A DNA stretch of 33,879 bases, taken from a virus. Every line of letters starts with the position of its first letter. Positions within the stretch are counted from its first letter, which is position 1. Below, one piece after another: positions 17,135 to 25,393 of this stretch. A program made the position numbers and the translations under genes. The notes below the pieces were generated by a model. It saw only the letters and a program-made list of their open reading frames with translations. It was not told the DNA's origin and did no database searches. The stretch is taken from IMG/VR virus record IMGVR_UViG_3300033183_000115, positions 1-33,879 of that record. One strand, written 5' to 3'.

Positions 17135-19815
17135 TAGTCTAGCAAGCCTCTAGTTGGTGTTGGGGTGCTGCCTAATAACCCAGAAGAGACGTTTTCGGCA
17201 GAGCCGGCGCCGGCTCTTCCTGCGAAGATGTCTGGGCCAAGCCTAAATCCGTACTTTGTTGCGTATTCTTCGTCGACCCGACGTATTTTTGGGGCGAGAA
17301 CATTTTGAACGAGGTCGAGAACATCGGATCGTCCGCCTTCTTGAAGGATTCTGACATAATCTTGCCCATTTGGATTTCCTTTCCAGTCATTCGTTAAAAG
17401 ATCGCCAGAAGACGCAAAATATTCAAGGTCAACATCTTTATCTATTGAACCCTGAATGATTTGCTTAATTCTGTCGTTTGCAGCCTTAACCACATTTGCC
17501 TTTGCTCTGGCTGCAGCCTTAGGGTTAGCCGGGTCGCCAACATTGGCAAAATGGTTAAAGTGAATAAAGCTAAGCTCACCCTCATCATAACCCGTCAAAA
17601 ACCCCTCTAGCATTATCGGGTTACCATCATTGTCCATCAGGACATTTCCCTTTGCGTCTGTCAGCGGCGACTTCATCGCCTCATCAAGACGGCTACCAAT
17701 AGCAACTGCGTCTTCGCTTGTAAACTTGTTTCCTATTGGCTTAATAGAAATTCCATTTGCTTTCGATTGCGAGTTAATTGAAAACGGACGGTAATACCCA
17801 ACACCTTCCTGACGAAGAGCCAATCCTCTGGCCGCGGCATACATTCTTATGAGCTGCTCATCCTCAGCTTGTATGTCCGGTCTTTTGCCAGCCGCCTTAA
17901 TGCGCGTAGACGCAATCTTTTCAACACGCGACGGATTGATGTCACCCTGCCAATATCCGGGCGCCTCAAAATGACCGGGAGACAAGATGCCAAGCGCCTC
18001 AGTGATTGCGTCGTTGCCTTGATCGTTCTGCATTGCTTGAGCGATGTCAGATGTGTATTCATTCCGTATTTGATATGGCGCATCACTAAGGCCGACCATA
18101 TGACCTGTGCTTCTGCCGGGTATTGCTTCCCACGGCATCCGCGCATAATTTTCTTCAAGAAAATAAGAAAAGTCTTTTACAGCTTTTCCTATTTGCTCCT
18201 CGCTAAAACTCTGGCCCATAGCCTCATCAATTTTTAGCGAAGAATAAGCATCATCGTCTATCACCTCAAGGGTTTTGCCCTTCATTCGCGCAATACCTTG
18301 ATCAAGAGCTTTTTGCCGCACGTTAGCCTTTACTTCAGGTGCTTCCATACGCGCTTTGATTGCAGTCCATATAGCAGCTTGAGCTTGATGAGGCTCCCAA
18401 CCAAGCTCATTTGCCACATCATTTGTCATGCTTTCGATAAGGTCGTATTTTTTAGTTTTTCCGACGTTATCATCCAAAAACCCAAACGCGCGAGCCATCC
18501 ATAAGTCGCTTGTAACACCCTGAACAAGGTTAGGGTCAATCTGGCGCATAAGGTTGATATAAAAATTATTGATCTTGCGGCCATCAAATTGCACACCCTC
18601 TTTCATCAAAAGCTGCGCAGCCAAATCACGCTGCGCGGTGGCAATGTTGTCATAATCCTTTGACGGCCTGTATATTCTGATTTCATCACCGACATTCTGG
18701 CGAATGATACGAGCGCCCTTGCCACCGGCACCCTTGAATATGGCGTCAGCTTCAAGCGGCCCTTTTTCGACAATAACCTTGTCTCCGACTTGCCGTGCTT
18801 GAACCCCCGCCGCGCGCCCTCCAGCAGCGCGAGCGGCTGTTTGCGCCGCTTTCATATCAGCATAAGTACCTAAGGTTTCCCGCTTGATAGACCCAAGCAT
18901 TTCACCCCTAAATATATCACCGCCGGCCATTGCTCGGTTATATGCTTTAACGGCGTTTGTGGTATTCACTTGCACGGTTGTTTGTGGTGAATATATAGCA
19001 ATCAACTGAGCGATTTGTTCAGCGCGGCCTTTGTCACCGCCTGCTATATCCAAAATAGCGTCGCTTGAACGCTCATACCACAATCGACCGGGGGCGCCCT
19101 CTCTGGCAAGCTGCCGAATATCTTGTGACAGTAGCCCATAAGCAGCGCCAGCTTCTGGTGATTGGTATCGTTCAACCATACGCCCATATTGCGTTTGACG
19201 CGCTTCCTCAAGCGCCCGGATCATCTTATCTTCAGTCATAGTTGGTTTTGGTGGCAGACCACGACCCATTCCGCCGGGGCCGGAACCAAGCACCATCTCA
19301 CCAGCTCTTGCCGCCCTTGTAGCAGCCATAGGCGCCACTGCGGCTGATCCGATGAACATTAGTGGGTCATATTCAATAGGCTCGCCTTCTGGTGATATGG
19401 TGCCATATCCACCAAGCATATTTACACCAGCAGCTTGCTGCTCTGCCAACATACGGTTGGCAAGGCTTGGCACAGCCATAGCTGTCTGCGCGGCTTGTTG
19501 ACGCTTCTCTGGAGAAGTCATTAACCCGCCAAAATAGTCAAAAGCCCCAGTGACGGCACGATACGCCGGCATGTACTCAAAGCCAAATTCAGGCTCACCA
19601 TATTGGGCTGGCTGGTAACCTGTGGCGCTGTATGTGCCTGCGGCAGCATCCATCATAGGCGCGTATGTTGTAGCCTCAGGTTGTAAAACAGGACGCCTAA
19701 TAGGCGTAAAAATATTTGCCAGTGACCCTAAAAGGCCGCGCTCTTGTTCGCGTGTCCTACCGTATTCATAGCCGGGTTGTCCAACGCGCGTGATGTTCTG
19801 ATCTAAAAGGCCCAT
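17134..19815 (-). CDS. Large protein of unknown function (893 aa) between terL and portal; possibly a virion-packaged or ejected 'polyvalent-like' protein
   Basis: The track ORF starts at a TTG (19827). The ATG at 19815 overlaps the terL TAA (TAATG), so I prefer it. The protein begins MGLLDQN and ends RGLLD. Parts of the gene are visibly AT-richer than flanking genes. Confidence 0.85.
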   Translation of the reverse strand: MGLLDQNITRVGQPGYEYGRTREQERGLLGSLANIFTPIRRPVLQPEATTYAPMMDAAAGTYSATGYQPAQYGEPEFGFEYMPAYRAVTGAFDYFGGLMTSPEKRQQAAQTAMAVPSLANRMLAEQQAAGVNMLGGYGTISPEGEPIEYDPLMFIGSAAVAPMAATRAARAGEMVLGSGPGGMGRGLPPKPTMTEDKMIRALEEARQTQYGRMVERYQSPEAGAAYGLLSQDIRQLAREGAPGRLWYERSSDAILDIAGGDKGRAEQIAQLIAIYSPQTTVQVNTTNAVKAYNRAMAGGDIFRGEMLGSIKRETLGTYADMKAAQTAARAAGGRAAGVQARQVGDKVIVEKGPLEADAIFKGAGGKGARIIRQNVGDEIRIYRPSKDYDNIATAQRDLAAQLLMKEGVQFDGRKINNFYINLMRQIDPNLVQGVTSDLWMARAFGFLDDNVGKTKKYDLIESMTNDVANELGWEPHQAQAAIWTAIKARMEAPEVKANVRQKALDQGIARMKGKTLEVIDDDAYSSLKIDEAMGQSFSEEQIGKAVKDFSYFLEENYARMPWEAIPGRSTGHMVGLSDAPYQIRNEYTSDIAQAMQNDQGNDAITEALGILSPGHFEAPGYWQGDINPSRVEKIASTRIKAAGKRPDIQAEDEQLIRMYAAARGLALRQEGVGYYRPFSINSQSKANGISIKPIGNKFTSEDAVAIGSRLDEAMKSPLTDAKGNVLMDNDGNPIMLEGFLTGYDEGELSFIHFNHFANVGDPANPKAAARAKANVVKAANDRIKQIIQGSIDKDVDLEYFASSGDLLTNDWKGNPNGQDYVRILQEGGRSDVLDLVQNVLAPKIRRVDEEYATKYGFRLGPDIFAGRAGAGSAENVSSGLLGSTPTPTRGLLD

Positions 19816-21215
19816 TAAACCACCCAACTGTTCTTTGGTTTCAGACTGCGATTGTGATTATAACCCCTTGAGTAGCCGCCAGCAACCGCACCTTGGCCGG
19901 CGAAGGATAGCACAAACGCGTCGGCCACGTCAGGCGACCTCTGCCCGCGTCGTTTCATCTCGTCCTTGCTCTCGACCTTCAGCTTGCCGGTCGACAAATA
20001 CTTATACCTAATCCCCGTCAACTCCGCGATCAACGTGTCATCCGACGGTATCTTGCAGTCACGCGCCTCAAACCACTCGCGGCACGACCAAAACAGCTCA
20101 TCGCGGAGCCGGTTGAAGCGGTCCTTTAGGCTGGCCGTCTCACTAACCGACACAGCGACCGCCGGCATGTCCAGCTCGCGCAGGCGGTCCGCCAAACCGG
20201 CGCCAAGGCCAATCGCGTCAATATATATCGCGGTGGGTCGCTTGCTGTACGGTACGGCGTCGTATTCCGACAACACGATGCCGGCAAGCTCCATCAGGTC
20301 CTTATTCTGCCACGTCTTGATCGGCTCGACCAGCACGTTGCCCTGCCGCTTTGCCAGCGCCGACCTGTCACCGCCAAAGCGCGCGACGTCCAGCCCCCAC
20401 ACGACCGGCGTCGTCGGTCCGGCTTCAACGTCACGCGTCACCGCCTCCTCGACCAAGTGCAGCGGCAGAAGCACGTCGTCGGATTGCGTCGGAAACTCGC
20501 CCAAGACGCGCACGCGGAACACGTTACTCTCGGCGCCGTATTTTGCCGCCATTTCGTCGATAAACTTCGGGTCGACGTAATCGCCCTCCTCGCAAGACAC
20601 AGTGATGCAATGCCACTTGTCGCGGTCGGAGTGAAACGCGTCGTAGAAGTACCCGTCAGACCGCGTTGGGTTCCCGCACATGATAATCTTCGCCCCCGGC
20701 GTACTTAGCGCGCCGCTGGCGGTCTCAAAGATGACATTCGGCACGCCAGACGCCTCCTCGACCACAAACAGCATGTGCGGGCTGTGAAAACCCGCCAAGC
20801 TCTCTGGGTTCTCGCGGCGGCTGGTACGCGCCACGGCGAAACTGTCGGTGGCGCCTTTGAGCGATATCTTGTCGCTCTTGAACTCCAGCAGGTCTTTGAA
20901 CGCCTGCGGCATATTGCGCGCCCAGCGGTCGATTTCCGTCCACAGAACGTCCGACAACTGATGCGCGCTGTTCGCCGTCACCGCCACTTTGCACGGATAA
21001 TGCGTCATAAGCCACCACAGCACGACCCAGCTCTCAAATGCGGTTTTTCCGACGCCGTGGCCCGATTTTATCGCCACGCGGTCGTTGTCGGCTATGGCCT
21101 TTAGGGCTTTCGCCTGCCACGCCTGTGGGGTGGCTTGCAGCACCTCCTCGACGAATAACGTCGGATCGGCGCGCATCGCTGCGATTGCGTCGACGGTGGC
21201 TTTGGTGTCGTTCAT
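19815..21215 (-). CDS. terL: Terminase large subunit
   Basis: Walker A-like KSGHGVGKT and Walker B LFVVEEASG are present. RNase-H-like nuclease Asp motifs are VWGLDVARFGGD, IYIDAIGLGAGLADRL and SPDVADAFVLSF. I chose the ATG at 21215 (MNDTKATV, GGAG 8 nt upstream) over the track start at 21260. Confidence 0.93.
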   Translation of the reverse strand: MNDTKATVDAIAAMRADPTLFVEEVLQATPQAWQAKALKAIADNDRVAIKSGHGVGKTAFESWVVLWWLMTHYPCKVAVTANSAHQLSDVLWTEIDRWARNMPQAFKDLLEFKSDKISLKGATDSFAVARTSRRENPESLAGFHSPHMLFVVEEASGVPNVIFETASGALSTPGAKIIMCGNPTRSDGYFYDAFHSDRDKWHCITVSCEEGDYVDPKFIDEMAAKYGAESNVFRVRVLGEFPTQSDDVLLPLHLVEEAVTRDVEAGPTTPVVWGLDVARFGGDRSALAKRQGNVLVEPIKTWQNKDLMELAGIVLSEYDAVPYSKRPTAIYIDAIGLGAGLADRLRELDMPAVAVSVSETASLKDRFNRLRDELFWSCREWFEARDCKIPSDDTLIAELTGIRYKYLSTGKLKVESKDEMKRRGQRSPDVADAFVLSFAGQGAVAGGYSRGYNHNRSLKPKNSWVV

Positions 21216-21416
21216 GCGATTTCTCCGAAGGGGGGGGGTGGTGCTTGCGTTTACGTTCAACGGGTGGGGGGTGGTTAGGGGTCTATATTTTTTTTCCCGC
21301 CCCCGCCCGCACGCGAAAGGGGGGGGTCGACGAAATCAGGGCTTTTTTCGCCATAATTGTAGAAAATGTCGCATAACGTTAATTATGCAAATCGTGTATC
21401 GTGTAATATCAACCAC
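21216..21416 (-). promoter_or_regulatory. Unusual 200-nt terS-terL spacer with homopolymer tracts and a promoter-like element
   Basis: No ORF. It contains G9 (21230..21238), GGGTGGGGGGTGGTTAGGGG (21262..21281), T8 (21288..21295), CCCGCCCCCGCCCGC, G8 (21319..21326) and T6. On the minus strand, TTGATA (21412..21407) and CATAAT (21387..21382) are separated by a long 19-nt spacer. Confidence 0.45.
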
Positions 21417-21962
21417 TTAGCTGCCTGTGGATAACTTTTTGCCCTTTTTACCGCGTTTTGCCTCTTTTTTAGGCATATCTTCGTTAACCGAAATCTGGTT
21501 AATTTCGGTCGCGCGTGCGCGTACTTTGTCCAGTTGTGTGTTTTCTCTGCTCTCTATCGCTTTTGTCATAGCCGCATCGTTTACCTTGGTTAGCAGGTCG
21601 AGATAGCTTCCGCCTTCCACTTTCTGAACGTCTACCTGCTGCCTGTCGCCGTATAGCTTTGGCGTCATGCGGCCGGACTGCCACTTCAGGATATCTGCTG
21701 CGACACGCAAACCTGCGGCCCTTTCCTTTGGCGCCGTCCTAGCCTCGCGCTTTATTTCATCAAGCTCATCAGCCAAGACCATACCGCGAAACTCTAGCGC
21801 CAACCTGTACTGCTGTTCAAAGGAAGGATCAGCCGCTATCTTGCGGCTAATAGTTACCCAAGCTGGCATTGATGGATCACGGCAGACTTGGGACACAGGC
21901 TCGCCGCAAGCTACCCTTTCCAAAAACTTGTTAAACACCTCATCAGGCGTTCTAGCTGTCAT
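21417..21962 (-). CDS. terS: Terminase small subunit
   Basis: FLERVACGEPVSQVCRDPSMPAWVTISRKIAADPSFEQQYRLALEFRGMVLADELDEI...LRVAADILKWQSGRMTPKLYGDR is the typical HTH plus oligomerisation pattern of this terS family. The gene lies directly upstream of terL. Confidence 0.8.
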   Translation of the reverse strand: MTARTPDEVFNKFLERVACGEPVSQVCRDPSMPAWVTISRKIAADPSFEQQYRLALEFRGMVLADELDEIKREARTAPKERAAGLRVAADILKWQSGRMTPKLYGDRQQVDVQKVEGGSYLDLLTKVNDAAMTKAIESRENTQLDKVRARATEINQISVNEDMPKKEAKRGKKGKKLSTGS

Positions 21963-22197
21963 CGTCGTCAGGCTCCAGCGTTAACACAAACGTCGGCTTA
22001 TCCTCTATCACCAGCAACGGCGACCGACACTTCGAGCAGATGATCGACTGCATCTTCTCGAAGACGTATCCGTGCGTCTCTTGCTCACACCAGTCGCACT
22101 CGACTGGCTCCGAGAAGAACCGCACAAAATGCCTGTCGCTAAAGCTGATGACGTTACTCACGAACAGATATCTCTCCGGCACACGCCAGATAACCAC
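21952..22197 (-). CDS. Small Cys-containing protein (about 70-81 aa; CDWC...CSKC); start uncertain
   Basis: Track ORF. A GTG at 22161 would give only an 8-nt overlap with the upstream gene. Confidence 0.6.
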   Translation of the reverse strand: MVIWRVPERYLFVSNVISFSDRHFVRFFSEPVECDWCEQETHGYVFEKMQSIICSKCRSPLLVIEDKPTFVLTLEPDDDDS

Positions 22198-22420
22198 ACC
22201 CGTCGACGTAGTTGTCCGCGTTCCTTGGGTTGCTCTTGATCCGCGCCACCTTCAGCAGCGCCATCATCACACCGACGTCTGTCGGCAGCACCTGAAAGCC
22301 CAGATGCGTCGACCAATACTCCGCTATCGTGGCAAAGTTGTTCTCCATATTGCCGTGCTGGTCGGCACGCTCTTTCGTCACCAGCACCTTTGCCGTGTCC
22401 AGCACATCAGCCCGCTGCAT
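22154..22420 (-). CDS. Conserved phage protein (88 aa; DUF6378-like by memory)
   Basis: Pattern ERADQHGNMENNFATIAEYWSTHLG...TDVGVMMALLKVARIKSNP.NADNYVDGCGYLA. Confidence 0.7.
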   Translation of the reverse strand: MQRADVLDTAKVLVTKERADQHGNMENNFATIAEYWSTHLGFQVLPTDVGVMMALLKVARIKSNPRNADNYVDGCGYLACAGEISVRE

Positions 22421-22583
22421 CGCACTGCTCCTTCACATCAACCACCTTCAGCTTGCACACCAGACACTCATAGCGCCGGCGCGTTACATCCTCGCCCTTG
22501 TACGTCAGCAGCGACGTACACTTCGGACACCTCATCTTCGACAACCGCCGTTCCCACGACCCGTCACCCTTCTCAATAGTCAT
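22407..22583 (-). CDS. Zinc-ribbon protein (58 aa; CPKC...CLVC)
   Basis: I trimmed the track ORF 22407..22682 to the ATG at 22583, which has GAGGG about 9 nt upstream. Confidence 0.6.
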   Translation of the reverse strand: MTIEKGDGSWERRLSKMRCPKCTSLLTYKGEDVTRRRYECLVCKLKVVDVKEQCDAAG

Positions 22584-22809
22584 GCGTATTACCCTCACTA
22601 AATGGCACCTCGACTGTAGCAATAGGTGTGTCGCCGCGCAATAGCTCCCGCGGCCATATGTCCACCCTGACGCTATCCCCAACCCGCTGCACGTTAACCG
22701 TCAGCGTCCGCACGTCGATCCACGTCGACGTACCGATAAGCATGTACTCGCGGTCCTTGAGGATGTCGTCGCGCTCCTCGACGTCAGGATTAAAACGGTA
22801 TTTCGTCAT
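22573..22809 (-). CDS. Hypothetical protein (78 aa)
   Basis: Track ORF, packed in an operon with its neighbours. Confidence 0.65.
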   Translation of the reverse strand: MTKYRFNPDVEERDDILKDREYMLIGTSTWIDVRTLTVNVQRVGDSVRVDIWPRELLRGDTPIATVEVPFSEGNTHDY

Positions 22810-23407
22810 TGAGTATCGTCTCCGTCCTTGTCTTGACCTTCTCGACTACCGCGCCGGGGAACGCTTCCTTCACCTTATCCACCAGCTCGCTGGCCTGCCA
22901 AGCGCTGATGATCCGACCCACCTCGTCCACGCTGTAGACACGCACCTCGCGGTTCTCTTGCTGCACCTTCGACACCTCATAGCCCGTCGGCACTATCGCC
23001 AGCACAGACCCGTCAGGCATCCTGCCCTCGACGTACTCGCCCGTCAGCGGCTTGGCGCCGGCAGCTATAGCCGCCTGCTCTATGGCCGCCACACCACGCA
23101 ACGTGACCTCGACCTCATGCTCGACATCCTGCTGCCGCTCTATCGCCGTGTTCAGCCTGTCCATCTGCTGCTCGAACCTGTCGCGCAATTCGACCGGCAC
23201 TAACCACACCAGCCTGTCGATACCCCACTTCCGCTCAATAGCAGACACGACGTCATCGTACCGATGAAGCGCCTGCTGCATACGCCGCCTCGCACCCTCA
23301 CTAGGCGCATAGTAAACCTTGTCCGGCTTTGGCCTGCCTCTACCTTTTTTAGCCACCTTTTCTATTTCCCCTGTCTCTTGTCCATAAACTTGTCGGTCGC
23401 ATCGCAC
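22790..23407 (-). CDS. Hypothetical protein (up to 205 aa); start uncertain (GTG 23407 or GTG 23356)
   Basis: Track ORF that begins at a non-ATG codon. An AT-hook-like KKGRGRPKP lies near the N-terminus. Confidence 0.65.
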   Translation of the reverse strand: MRCDRQVYGQETGEIEKVAKKGRGRPKPDKVYYAPSEGARRRMQQALHRYDDVVSAIERKWGIDRLVWLVPVELRDRFEQQMDRLNTAIERQQDVEHEVEVTLRGVAAIEQAAIAAGAKPLTGEYVEGRMPDGSVLAIVPTGYEVSKVQQENREVRVYSVDEVGRIISAWQASELVDKVKEAFPGAVVEKVKTRTETILNDEIPF

Positions 23408-23477
23408 CCCCTAGAGTGGGGGGTGCGACCGACGATTGTCGGTTTTCGGTGCGACATTTGTCGACATTGCGACAAAT
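23402..23477. promoter_or_regulatory. Structured intergenic region with a 10-bp GC hairpin, an 8-bp palindrome and CGACA-type short repeats
   Basis: tcgcaccccc (23402..23411) pairs with gggggtgcga (23419..23428). ccgac-gatt-gtcgg is followed by tttt. atttgtcg (23456..23463) pairs with cgacaaat (23470..23477) across a 6-nt spacer. GTGCGAC occurs twice and CGACAtt/CGACAaa several times. Confidence 0.5.
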
Positions 23478-23486
23478 TCGACCTAT

Positions 23487-25310
23487 CTATTTGTTTTCGT
23501 TCACTATCCATACCTTATTATCATCGATAGCTATGATCCTCGCGGCTTGTAAATCCTTCCGCGCCTTCGACTGCTCTTGTCGCGTGTGATCGGGCGTTTT
23601 TTCGGCATGATAAGCACACCAAGCGCGATAATTTGGCCGCGGATTTCCCATCTTGATGATGTAATCTTGCAGGCTTTCGAGCGCCAACTGCATGTTGATG
23701 TCCTTCTTCGGCTGGCTCTTTCTCCGCTCATCAGTGCGCGTCAGGACGACAGAACTACCGCTTGGCGACGCAATCTGCGTCATCTCCAGCGTTATGTCAT
23801 CGATGACCTCGGCGTCTTTCTGCTTTTGCACCGACATCGTTACCAGACTTTCGTCCTTTGTGACCGCAATCGAAGCGTCTACCGCGCCAAGAATGGCCGA
23901 CGACCCTCTTGCCCCACGCTCGCTATTCTTGCCGGCGTGATGCACAAACACGACCGCGCACTCGAACTTATGCTTTAGCGCGTCAGCCGCAGCCACGGCT
24001 AGGCCAGCCTCTTGCGAGCTATTTTCGTCGGCCCCCAAGAGGGCGCGCGCCAATGTGTCGACGTAGATACACGTCCACTTGCGGTCAAGCCGCTCAATCG
24101 ACCGTATCAGCTTCTCTATGTCGGCCTGATCGCGGAAGTTAACCGCCACGGGCAGCATGTGAAAATGCCCGCTGACACCCAAATTGTGTGACGTCTTCCA
24201 CGCCTTGATACGTTTCCCGTACCCGGCCACGCCCTCCCCTGCGATATAAAGCACGTCGCCCTGCTTTGTGGGCATACCCTGCCAGTCAATCCCGTGTGCC
24301 TGACACAGCGCCATATCGAGCGTGATAAACGACTTACCGCTGCCGGGCGCACCGTAGATCATGCTCAAGCCGTGCGCCGTTATCAGGCCCTTGTCGCCCT
24401 CACCGACGGCCCAAGCTACCGGCGGCATGTTTATGAGGTAGTTTTCGTCGACAAACTCGAAGAAATCGCCCTCATTATTATCGTTGTTATAATCGTCCTC
24501 CTGCACGTCTGGCGCCTGCTCCAGAGCCGGTGCCGCCTTAACCGCCGCGAGCAGCTCGTCCTTGCCGTTGCCGGCTGCAAGCCAATCCACGATATCGCCC
24601 TTGTCCGGCAGGTTCGGCAGCTCGACGCGCTTAATGCGTGCCGCCACACCGTACAGCTCGGCCGCCACTAGGTCGGCGTGCGCGTGGCCCGGCTCATCGT
24701 TATCCGGCAGGATGACCACGTTGCGACCCTCAAACCAGCGGTTGAGGACCGACTGCCACTTCTTAGCACCGCCGTGGCTCGAAGTAGCCAAAAGGCCCAA
24801 TGTGGCTACTTTGTCCGCCGCCTTCTCGCCTTCCACGATAAACACAGGCTCGTCTGGCCGCGCTAGGATGTCCGGCAGCCTGTACGGCAGCGCCTCGACG
24901 TCCTGCATGTTATAGAGCCAGCCGCCCTTGCCGTCGGGCCGACACTGTCTGAACGTCTTAGGCTCGAACCGCCGCACCTGATACCGCACCTCGCCGTTTT
25001 CGTCGACGTAGTCATAGCAGGCGCTCATAAACCGTGCCGGCTGTAAGCTGACTTGCGTCTGCTTTTGGATGCCAAATTTTTTCTCTAAGATATCGGGGAT
25101 GCTGCCCAATATCGTGGCGCCCTCATACCGGCGCACCAAGTCGACGACACCGCCGCCCTCATTATTCTCGAAGTCAAACCAAGTGCCTTTGCGTAGGTCC
25201 AGCTCTTTCGACCCGTGCGTACCCCAGCGCAGGATGTGGCCACGACGGACTGCCGGCTCACCCCAGTAAGCCGTTGCGACCGCCTCCGCATGTGCTGCTA
25301 TATTTGTCAT
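23487..25310 (-). CDS. Bifunctional primase-helicase (Toprim domain plus RepA/AAA_25 RecA-like ATPase), 607 aa
   Basis: Toprim motifs are FIVEGEKAADK and VILPDNDEPGHAHA. Walker A is GAPGSGKSF and Walker B is CIYVDTLARAL. The N-terminus (LRWGTHGSKELDLRKGTWFDFENNEGGGVVDLV) is typical of phage/plasmid primases. Confidence 0.9.
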   Translation of the reverse strand: MTNIAAHAEAVATAYWGEPAVRRGHILRWGTHGSKELDLRKGTWFDFENNEGGGVVDLVRRYEGATILGSIPDILEKKFGIQKQTQVSLQPARFMSACYDYVDENGEVRYQVRRFEPKTFRQCRPDGKGGWLYNMQDVEALPYRLPDILARPDEPVFIVEGEKAADKVATLGLLATSSHGGAKKWQSVLNRWFEGRNVVILPDNDEPGHAHADLVAAELYGVAARIKRVELPNLPDKGDIVDWLAAGNGKDELLAAVKAAPALEQAPDVQEDDYNNDNNEGDFFEFVDENYLINMPPVAWAVGEGDKGLITAHGLSMIYGAPGSGKSFITLDMALCQAHGIDWQGMPTKQGDVLYIAGEGVAGYGKRIKAWKTSHNLGVSGHFHMLPVAVNFRDQADIEKLIRSIERLDRKWTCIYVDTLARALLGADENSSQEAGLAVAAADALKHKFECAVVFVHHAGKNSERGARGSSAILGAVDASIAVTKDESLVTMSVQKQKDAEVIDDITLEMTQIASPSGSSVVLTRTDERRKSQPKKDINMQLALESLQDYIIKMGNPRPNYRAWCAYHAEKTPDHTRQEQSKARKDLQAARIIAIDDNKVWIVNENK

Positions 25311-25347
25311 TACCTATACCCCAACCCCTTTACCCTTGTCAGAAGAC

Positions 25348-25386
25348 GGCAGGGCGACGCACAAGGGGTGAAAGCGCCGCCCTGCC
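25348..25386 (-). other. Stem-loop between the SSB-like and primase genes (9-bp stem ggcagggcg/cgccctgcc, 21-nt loop)
   Basis: Perfect inverted repeat seen directly in the sequence. On the minus strand it is followed by GTCTTCTG, so any terminator activity is weak at best. Confidence 0.35.
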
Positions 25387-25393
25387 TGCCGCA

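Noticed and set aside
21230-21281. A canonical intramolecular G-quadruplex in the terS-terL spacer.
   Set aside because: The G-tracts (G9 ... G3, G6, G2, G4) need a loop of about 23 nt or a split of the G6 run to give four tracts. They also lie on the non-coding (plus) strand, so the mRNA would be C-rich. I kept this only as one possibility within the spacer finding.
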